This document shows positions 38,380 to 45,211 of a stretch of DNA of 51,184 nt, in pieces (within the stretch, counting starts at the first letter, position 1; the number at the start of each line of letters is the position of its first letter). The position numbers and the translations under genes are program-made. The notes beneath the pieces were generated by a model. The model was not told the origin of the DNA and did not search any database. It was given only the letters and a program-made list of their open reading frames with translations. Source of the DNA: a virus (lineage: Duplodnaviria; Heunggongvirae; Uroviricota; Caudoviricetes); IMG/VR virus record IMGVR_UViG_2585427745_000020. One strand, given 5' to 3'.

Positions 38380-39020
38380 GCAAGATTGATTATCAAAAGC
38401 TTCGTGAAATCGCTGAAAAAACAAAAATTGCTGGTGAAGCACCTGTAATGCCTTTCGATCAGCGAATTAATGCGCTTAACGATTTTATGAAGCACTTTTC
38501 GCCAGCTACCGTGCTGGCACTGCTGGATGAGCTGGAAAGAAACCAGCAATACATCAAACGCCGCGACCAGGAGAACGAGGATATTGCGCTAACGGTAGGG
38601 AGGCTTCGCGTTGAGCTGGAAGGCAAAGACAGCAAAATAGCCAATCTTACCGCCGAACGCGATGCTCTTCGTGAAGGTGAGATGGGCGACGCTAGGCATA
38701 GCAACACACGGGCCGCAGCTGATATCTACTTCCAACTGGTCGAGGAGTGCGAAATTCCTGCTGGCGGATCTCTGGTCGAGTACGTTGACGATATGCGCGA
38801 GAAGCTGGAAGCCGCAGAGAAGCGCATTGCAGAGTTAGAAAGTGGTTCTCAGGCACAAAAGTTAGTTGAAGCAATCATTGTTGCGATAGAAAACGAACAG
38901 GAAAGGCTTTTTGATGAAGATTACCTAATGGATTCGAAAGAATGCATTGACGTAATTCGTGAAGAAGTAAAGCGATGGAATGATTCCCGTGCCGCTGGCA
39001 TTCGCATCAAAGGAGAGTGA
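38376..39020 (+). CDS. Ea22/Ead-like early protein
   Basis: 214 aa from GTG 38376 with RBS AAGGAGG (38363-38369); N-terminus [15 protein letters not shown] resembles ead/Ea22-family proteins. Confidence 0.5.
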   Translation: MSKIDYQKLREIAEKTKIAGEAPVMPFDQRINALNDFMKHFSPATVLALLDELERNQQYIKRRDQENEDIALTVGRLRVELEGKDSKIANLTAERDALREGEMGDARHSNTRAAADIYFQLVEECEIPAGGSLVEYVDDMREKLEAAEKRIAELESGSQAQKLVEAIIVAIENEQERLFDEDYLMDSKECIDVIREEVKRWNDSRAAGIRIKGE

Positions 39021-39021
39021 T

Positions 39022-39939
39022 ATGACCACTATTACCAAAGAGCGACTGCTGACAATCAAGCAGTGGCGCGAAACATACGGACCTGATAGCAACGTTGTAC
39101 TGCCAGCAGAAGAAGCGGAAGAACTGGCACGAATTGCTCTGGCATCGCTGGAAGCAAAACCAATAGGTGCATTCCACATTGCAGAACAGCAAGTTGACGG
39201 CACAAGTGACTACCTCAAGGATGGAGAATGGCCTATTGATAATGGAATTATTGAGGTCTACGCCGCTCCCCCCGTTCCAGTAGTACCGGAAGAAAAACCA
39301 ATGCCTAATCCTCTTAGCATGTACGCGGTTGATGCTGTTGCCGCTATTGCAGAGGTGAGAGGCTGGAACGCCTGCCGCGCCGCCATGCTTCAGTCCGGAA
39401 ACTTTCGGGAAAACAAGAATTCGTCAACCAATAATTTTCGGGAAATCGCGGAAACGTCAACCAACTATCCGGTAATTCCTAGTGAGGTGTTGTCCGCAAT
39501 CCAGAAGGTTGCCAAGATTCGTGCCGATTTCGATGATTTTGACGGTGACAGGCGAGGTATCGGTGATTGTCTGGATGAGGCTGAGCAAGAGCTTATCGTT
39601 ACCATTAACAAATATGCCAGTCAGTTGGCAGCAGAACCTATAGCGCCTAATGACGTTCGAGAGCAGACAGCCATTCCGCAAGTTCCGGTAACTCCGGATG
39701 GTTGGATAAGCTGTAGTGAGCGAATGCCAGAAATGGGAGAGCGACAATGCTATGTGTTAGCAGCTGACTTTAAAAACAACTACCCACCAAACATCCCCTA
39801 CACTCAGGTCGGCGTATATGGCGACTGGTTTAATGATGGCAATCCAACTTGGGATGACGGTGATGGCGAAGACCTGTATCTCAAAGAGGTAACCCACTGG
39901 ATGCCTCTACCAGAACCGCCTCGATTAAAGGAGCTATAA
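39022..39939 (+). CDS. Hypothetical protein with DUF551-like C-terminal domain
   Basis: 305 aa from ATG 39022 with RBS AAGGAGAG; C-terminal W/D-rich domain ending ...VTHWMPLPEPP. Confidence 0.5.
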   Translation: MTTITKERLLTIKQWRETYGPDSNVVLPAEEAEELARIALASLEAKPIGAFHIAEQQVDGTSDYLKDGEWPIDNGIIEVYAAPPVPVVPEEKPMPNPLSMYAVDAVAAIAEVRGWNACRAAMLQSGNFRENKNSSTNNFREIAETSTNYPVIPSEVLSAIQKVAKIRADFDDFDGDRRGIGDCLDEAEQELIVTINKYASQLAAEPIAPNDVREQTAIPQVPVTPDGWISCSERMPEMGERQCYVLAADFKNNYPPNIPYTQVGVYGDWFNDGNPTWDDGDGEDLYLKEVTHWMPLPEPPRLKEL

Positions 39940-40053
39940 TAGTGAACTATTATATCTATTTGTATTAAAAGAGTTTTTATAAAATAAATCTTCCAAAGCA
40001 TGTAAAAACACTGTTAATCTTAACGTGTGTGAAACGTGAAGAGAGGTGTTGAA

Positions 40054-40335
40054 ATGAGCATTCATGATTTGTGTGAAGATCAAGAGCAATGGGCTATGCA
40101 GACCCTTATGGGATCAGGAGTTCTTGCAAGGTGCAGAATCCATAACGATGTAATTTTAGACAGCGGAAATGATGCTTCTTCTGCTTATAAATTAGGAACT
40201 TACCTATATCAAAAAGATAATAGCTGCAACTTATTCAATACTCTTACTGAAGCCCGCGACGCAATAAAGGATGCATATGAATCGTATTGTGGGATTGATG
40301 ATTGCCCACAATGCTCAAAATACATTGACGATTAA
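40054..40335 (+). CDS. Hypothetical Cys-containing small protein
   Basis: 93 aa from ATG 40054 (track ORF starts at GTG 40036); C-terminal CPQC motif. Confidence 0.45.
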   Translation: MSIHDLCEDQEQWAMQTLMGSGVLARCRIHNDVILDSGNDASSAYKLGTYLYQKDNSCNLFNTLTEARDAIKDAYESYCGIDDCPQCSKYIDD

Positions 40336-40423
40336 TAATATGAACAAGTAACTATCCTCGCATTCGCGGGGATTTCTTTTATCTGAACTCGCTACGGCGA
40401 GTTTTGTTTTATGGAGATGATAA

Positions 40424-40591
40424 ATGCACTTCCGAGTCACAGGTGAATGGAATGGAGAACCATTCAACAGAGTTATCGAAGCAGAGAACATCAACGACTG
40501 CTATGACCACTGGATGATATGGGCGCAGATAGCACATGCAGACGTAACCAATATTCGAATTGAAGAACTGAAAGAACACCAAGCCGCCTGA
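40424..40591 (+). CDS. Hypothetical small protein upstream of torI
   Basis: 55 aa MHFRVTGEWNGEPFNRVIEAENINDCYDHWMIWAQIAHADVTNIRIEELKEHQAA; not in the track; followed by a terminator. Confidence 0.4.
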   Translation: MHFRVTGEWNGEPFNRVIEAENINDCYDHWMIWAQIAHADVTNIRIEELKEHQAA

Positions 40592-40606
40592 TGGCGGTTT
40601 TTTATT
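40584..40606 (+). terminator. Rho-independent terminator
   Basis: Stem CCGCC / GGCGG with loop TGAT, followed by TTTTTTATT. Confidence 0.55.
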
Positions 40607-40613
40607 GCCTGAT

Positions 40614-40629
40614 TTGCAGGTTCGATTCC
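40614..40629. repeat. tRNA T-arm-like fragment (TTGCAGGTTCGATTCC), 16/16 identical to argW positions 1054-1069
   Basis: Exact 16-nt match to the argW variable-loop/T-arm segment that precedes the att core; the match stops where the att core would start. Confidence 0.5.
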
Positions 40630-40648
40630 CTATTCGGAGATAGCACTC

Positions 40649-40849
40649 ATGCAACACGAACTACAACCTGATTCACTGGTTGATTTGAAATTCATCATGG
40701 CTGATACTGGCTTTGGTAAAACCTTCATCTATGACCGGATTAAGTCCGGCGACCTGCCAAAAGCCAAAGTTATCCACGGACGCGCAAGATGGTTATATCG
40801 TGACCATTGTGAATTCAAAAATAAGCTCTTAAGCCGCGCCAATGGGTAA
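40649..40849 (+). CDS. torI: Excisionase / recombination directionality factor TorI
   Basis: 66 aa MQHELQPDSLVDLKFIMADTGFGKTFIYDRIKSGDLPKAKVIHGRARWLYRDHCEFKNKLLSRANG, recognised as KplE1 TorI; RBS GGAGA at 40636-40640. Confidence 0.85.
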   Translation: MQHELQPDSLVDLKFIMADTGFGKTFIYDRIKSGDLPKAKVIHGRARWLYRDHCEFKNKLLSRANG

Positions 40850-40922
40850 AATAGCGGGTAAAATATTTTTCACATCTAAAAAACACCATTCCAATCAATC
40901 CCCTGCCGCTTCAAGTAGATGT

Positions 40923-40938
40923 CTGCAGGGGACACTTT
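40923..40938. repeat. attR core of the argW prophage (CTGCAGGGGACACTTT; 13/16 identical to attL)
   Basis: Direct repeat of the argW 3' end downstream of torI; also serves as the left junction of the tandem satellite. Confidence 0.6.
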
Positions 40939-41121
40939 AAAGACCTTTCTCTACATTTCACTTCATTACATAACCACTTAAAAAAACAGTAAGTTATCAC
41001 CGAATCGGCCTGATTTTCATTTCAGTTAATTTCATGACATTACAACCTCGTGATGGTATAAGTGATGGTATTCCCCAGTTCGATATGCAGATACCATCAA
41101 TTTACCAAAATGAGTACAGAT

Positions 41122-42396
41122 ATGGCCATTAATGTGCTTTCCCCCAAACAGATAGAAAACGCCAAGCCGAAGACCAATGATTACAAACTTACCGATGGAG
41201 GGAGTTTGTATCTACTGGTACGAAAGACTGGTGGAAAATACTGGCGTATGAATTATCGTTTTGATGGAAAACAAGTGACATTAGCATTAGGGGTCTACCC
41301 AGATGTCTCACTTGCAACAGCGCGGAAACGGCGTGATGAAGCCAGGCAACTACTAGCCGATGGTCGTGATCCTCGCGAAGCAAAGAAACCCAAAAAGGAA
41401 GACCCAATTTCCCCCACGTTCGAGAGTGTTGCCAGAGAGTGGCATAGTGGAACGATGGGGCATCCTGAGTGGAAAGAGATCACCCGTAAAAAAATTCTCC
41501 GAGAAATGGAAAACCACCTCTTTCCTGCCATCGGTTCAAAGCCTATCGATACGCTCAAAACCCGTGACTTGATGCCGATGCTGGTTGAGATGACTGAGAA
41601 AGGAATTGGTGCCACAACGAGCCGTGTAAAAACCACTATGACGAGCATCTTCCGTTATGCCGTGCAACGTGGAATTGTCGATTACAACCCTGCCCACGAT
41701 CTAAAAGGTGCAATTACGGCCCCCAAAGTACGACATCGCCCCGCACTACCTCTCGAACGTTTACCTGAACTGTTAGCGAAAACGAGAAGTTACACGGGAA
41801 GACCATTGACTCGCCTAGCAGTTCTCTTTTCCCTGCACACTTTTGTGCGATCCAGCGAACTACGACATGCCAGATGGGAGGAGATCGACATTGAAAATGG
41901 GCTATGGACGATACCAGGACAACGTGAAGAGATCGCAGGGGTTAAATTCTCAGATCGGGGTGCAAAGATGGGGGCTGCTCATTATGTCCCGCTATCTAGT
42001 CAGGCTATCGGGGTACTGGAGGATATAAGGAAAATCAGTGGTGAATATCTGCTGGTTTTTCCCGGTGACAGCAACCCATATAAACCGATGAGCGAAAACA
42101 CAGTTAATAAAGCACTGCGAACGATGGGTTACGACACTCAAACTGATGTTTGCTTGCATGGGTTCAGGGCGATGGCCTGCTCTGCACTGACCGAATCAGG
42201 ACTCTGGTCACGCGATGCAGTTGAACGGCAGATGAGTCACCAAGAAAGAAACGAAGTGCGGGCAGCATATGTGCATCTTGCGCAGCACATGCAGGAACGC
42301 CGCAGAATGATGCAATGGTGGTCTAATTATCTGGAACTAAATAAGGACGAATTCCATGCTCCTTATGACTTATCAGGTATTAACATTATCAATTAA
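41122..42396 (+). CDS. Tyrosine integrase of the satellite (P4-type annotation family)
   Basis: ORF 41062-42396; by alignment with IntS the likely start is MAINVLSPKQIENAKPK (41122; 41110 also possible); about 424 aa. Confidence 0.85.
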   Translation: MAINVLSPKQIENAKPKTNDYKLTDGGSLYLLVRKTGGKYWRMNYRFDGKQVTLALGVYPDVSLATARKRRDEARQLLADGRDPREAKKPKKEDPISPTFESVAREWHSGTMGHPEWKEITRKKILREMENHLFPAIGSKPIDTLKTRDLMPMLVEMTEKGIGATTSRVKTTMTSIFRYAVQRGIVDYNPAHDLKGAITAPKVRHRPALPLERLPELLAKTRSYTGRPLTRLAVLFSLHTFVRSSELRHARWEEIDIENGLWTIPGQREEIAGVKFSDRGAKMGAAHYVPLSSQAIGVLEDIRKISGEYLLVFPGDSNPYKPMSENTVNKALRTMGYDTQTDVCLHGFRAMACSALTESGLWSRDAVERQMSHQERNEVRAAYVHLAQHMQERRRMMQWWSNYLELNKDEFHAPYDLSGINIIN

Positions 42397-42426
42397 ATAC
42401 TCTTATAATTTAAAACAGAGGTCATA

Positions 42427-43308
42427 ATGCAGCATTCAACAGAGAATGAAACTATATTCTTAGGAAATCTATGGATTGACAAAAAAATACCACCATTAGA
42501 ATATTGTTCATTTGAACGCGCTTCAAGACTATTAGAATGCGAGATTGATGATTTATTACATCTATACGAAATAGGCGCTTTTAATATCGCATTCAAGGCG
42601 GATGGACTTGCAGTTAGATTTAATGTTAATTTCCTCAATAAAAATCAGAAAATGGAAATTGACTTAATTCATCCCGTATTAACTAATCAATCACTAGAGA
42701 TGGAATTTTCAACAATATGGTATGACCTTAAAGATGATTCCTTTGAACATTTTGAAAATGGGCTTCAAATTATAGGATTTGCCTGTGGTATTTGGTACGC
42801 CGATGATATGATAAGTAACATAAAAAATGGATTAGCTATAGATCCAGATTATGAATTCAGGCTTAAACCGGTAAAAATACGAGATAATGTTTTGATGGCA
42901 ACGGCCTCATATGAAGGAAATAAGGTCATTGAGATTCCATTTGAAGATCTTCTTATCATGCGAAGAGATTTAGAGTTAATATGGAAATCAGTAAAAACTG
43001 GAATTCCTATGCCAAGTTTACTTACGAAAAGAATTTCATCTGAACCTAAAATCCCCAAGCGATTAAATAACACTGCTGAGCATCATGCAAAAAATAGGGA
43101 GGGGTTATTAAATGCAGCCATATATATATTAGCAAAATACCCAAGCGAATGTCGTGGTGAAAGAAAAGAGATAAGTCCTGAAAAGTGGACTAACGCCATA
43201 ATTAAACATTTAGGAGAGCTACCTCCAATATTTATCACTAATGAACAAGAAATCTTAAGAAAATTACGATTAGCGGTTAATCATGCGGGATTAAAACAAA
43301 AGGGGTAG
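42427..43308 (+). CDS. Hypothetical AT-rich cargo protein between integrase and AlpA-like gene
   Basis: 293 aa; RBS AGAGG; markedly lower GC than the flanking integrase and primase genes; no recognised motif. Confidence 0.55.
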   Translation: MQHSTENETIFLGNLWIDKKIPPLEYCSFERASRLLECEIDDLLHLYEIGAFNIAFKADGLAVRFNVNFLNKNQKMEIDLIHPVLTNQSLEMEFSTIWYDLKDDSFEHFENGLQIIGFACGIWYADDMISNIKNGLAIDPDYEFRLKPVKIRDNVLMATASYEGNKVIEIPFEDLLIMRRDLELIWKSVKTGIPMPSLLTKRISSEPKIPKRLNNTAEHHAKNREGLLNAAIYILAKYPSECRGERKEISPEKWTNAIIKHLGELPPIFITNEQEILRKLRLAVNHAGLKQKG

Positions 43309-43410
43309 ACTGAAACAATCTACAGGTAGAGTTGATTACACTACCTTCACAGCATTTTGATATCCCCATAGTATCTGCCGTGTTCATTACATAATACGGC
43401 AGGTAATTTC

Positions 43411-43626
43411 ATGACATTAAAAACTTATCCTATCACTGGACATGCCCGCCCACGAGCTACTGCTGACTTTTTGCAAATAAGTACGGTTACTCTCTGGCGC
43501 TGGGAAAAGAACAATCCTGAATTTCCCAAATCTATACGCATTTCAAAACGGGTATCTGTTTACGATGCACAAGAAATTAGGCAGTGGGTTAAAGCTCAAT
43601 CAGCAGGATTGGAGGAAGTAGTGTAA
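43411..43626 (+). CDS. AlpA/Vis-family DNA-binding protein (excisionase-like regulator)
   Basis: 71 aa; MerR-like winged-helix pattern (ADFLQISTVTLWRWEKNNPEFPKSIRISKRVSVYDAQEIRQWV). Confidence 0.7.
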   Translation: MTLKTYPITGHARPRATADFLQISTVTLWRWEKNNPEFPKSIRISKRVSVYDAQEIRQWVKAQSAGLEEVV

Positions 43627-43675
43627 TGACAATATTAACAAAGCTGGGGAGAAAAAAGCCTCCCCAACGTATTAA

Positions 43676-43870
43676 TCAATTCTTTGGTTCTAAACCTCGG
43701 CTTTGTAACTCTTTGCGTAGAATGCGCTTGATCCAAGCCGCTAGCGATTCATCGCCATCCTGCTGTTGTGCTTGTTCCATCAGTTCACGCAGTTCAGGGT
43801 CAAGTCGGAACTGGAATGGCGGATTCCCACGTCTTTCATTTTTGTGTGTTGACACGTCAATTACACCCAT
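43676..43870 (-). CDS. Ribbon-helix-helix (Arc/MetJ-type) regulator of the satellite
   Basis: 64 aa; PPFQFRLDPELRELMEQ beta-strand/helix motif; divergently transcribed from the downstream operon. Confidence 0.6.
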   Translation of the reverse strand: MGVIDVSTHKNERRGNPPFQFRLDPELRELMEQAQQQDGDESLAAWIKRILRKELQSRGLEPKN

Positions 43871-43884
43871 TGTAATGTATTTAT

Positions 43885-43903
43885 GTGTAATGACACATTA
43901 CAC
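43885..43903. promoter_or_regulatory. Palindromic operator candidate (GTGTAATG-ACA-CATTACAC)
   Basis: Perfect 8-bp inverted repeat with 3-bp spacer in the divergent promoter region, 15 bp upstream of the RHH start. Confidence 0.45.
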
Positions 43904-43986
43904 ACAGAAAAACAAAATAGCAACGCCCCGGAGTGTTTGCAGCAGCACCGAGGCGTCTGACCAGCACGTTATATGAGGTAACGAAG

Positions 43987-44163
43987 ATGGCTAAACAGAA
44001 GTGTACCTGGTTATTTGCGGCGATCAACCGCAGTCAACGCAATGCCCGTCCTGTGATGTTAAGGATCACCGCAGATAACGAACGATCAGCGCGGCGCAGA
44101 CTTGCCCCGGACTATGTACTGAGCTTTGCCGGGCGCATTCCCTGCGGAGGTGAACATGCGTAA
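43987..44163 (+). CDS. Hypothetical small basic protein
   Basis: 58 aa from ATG 43987 (MAKQKCTWLFAAINRSQRNARPVMLRITADNERSARRR...); track ORF begins at 43933. Confidence 0.35.
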   Translation: MAKQKCTWLFAAINRSQRNARPVMLRITADNERSARRRLAPDYVLSFAGRIPCGGEHA

Positions 44164-44515
44164 TTATCCGCACCCCGGCGAACGCTGGCAGCATGAACGT
44201 GGCTGGACGGTCACGATTATCCGATTAATAGAAGCCTCGCCCTCTGTGGCGCTGGTTAATCCTGAATTCAGCTGTGAAGTGCTGATACGTCATGACAGCG
44301 ACAACCAGCTTTCTTCCTGCCCTCTGGCATGGTTTGAACAGCGGTATACGCGCCTGTTTGATGTACCGCTCTTTAAGCCTGCACCAGCTCCTGCAGGCAG
44401 TAGTGGTTCCGGCCCGCTGACACTGCATCCGTCTGTGCTATTTATCCGCTGGCGGGAGCGTACCATACGGCGTTCTGCTGAGCCTGACGACGGTCACTAT
44501 TCAAAGTTTCTCTGA
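44156..44515 (+). CDS. Hypothetical protein
   Basis: 119 aa from ATG 44156 with RBS GGAGG (44146-44150). Confidence 0.5.
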   Translation: MRNYPHPGERWQHERGWTVTIIRLIEASPSVALVNPEFSCEVLIRHDSDNQLSSCPLAWFEQRYTRLFDVPLFKPAPAPAGSSGSGPLTLHPSVLFIRWRERTIRRSAEPDDGHYSKFL

Positions 44516-44546
44516 CAAAATACCGCTGAAAACGGAGTAATTCACG

Positions 44547-44831
44547 ATGAATATTTCAAACGGGCTCAACGGTGCTCAGGGCCACACTTTGCCTGAAAAA
44601 CACAATACCGGTGCTTTTGCCTATGGGTTGTCAGAGGACAGTTTCGGAAAGCTGACCCGCGCAAGAAATGCCTGCGACATGCTCCAGCTTCTCTTTTCTG
44701 AATACCCGTCTCAGGCCGGAGCACTGGACGCAGGCTGTGCGCCTGGTGTCGCCGCGCTGATGGAGTACCTGCTGGCAGATTTGACGGATATTGCACACAG
44801 CTGCGCACTGATTGAAGGAGGTGCCAGATGA
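44547..44831 (+). CDS. Hypothetical protein
   Basis: 94 aa; ATGA overlap with the next gene. Confidence 0.5.
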   Translation: MNISNGLNGAQGHTLPEKHNTGAFAYGLSEDSFGKLTRARNACDMLQLLFSEYPSQAGALDAGCAPGVAALMEYLLADLTDIAHSCALIEGGAR

Positions 44832-45211
44832 ACCAGCCGCAGGTTTCCATTTTCCCGGTAGAAATGACCACCGCGCTTTACCGGCGGGCTATTGCTTCAG
44901 CATGGCGGCAGAAAATGCTGAACGAAACTGGCAGTGATCAGTATGGTCCGCACAGCCTGACAGTGGAGCGTATTGAAATGGCCATTGCGCTGCATATCGA
45001 GTGCGTACTGATTAACGAGTACGGCGAAGTGCAGGGCGCCGCTGCCGCGCTGGCACTGCTGACTGACATGCTGGAGCCGTCACTGCTGACCGCGCCGCCG
45101 GTACTGACCGCGCGCGGCTGTGAAGTGATGGCGGAGATGTACCGCACGCTTCCGGCGGCCTTTGATGACTTCTGCAGTACCGGTGTGACGTTGTATGAGG
45201 GGGAAGTATGA
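44828..45211 (+). CDS. Hypothetical protein upstream of the primase
   Basis: 127 aa; coupled to the primase gene (ATGA overlap). Confidence 0.5.
   Translation: MNQPQVSIFPVEMTTALYRRAIASAWRQKMLNETGSDQYGPHSLTVERIEMAIALHIECVLINEYGEVQGAAAALALLTDMLEPSLLTAPPVLTARGCEVMAEMYRTLPAAFDDFCSTGVTLYEGEV

Larger units (their letters stand above)
1069..40938. mobile_element. P22/Sf6-like mosaic lambdoid prophage integrated at argW (KplE1/CPS-53-type)
   Basis: Bounded by tRNA 3' core and a degenerate copy; integrase at the left end and TorI at the right end; complete structural, lysis, replication and immunity modules in between. Confidence 0.85.
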
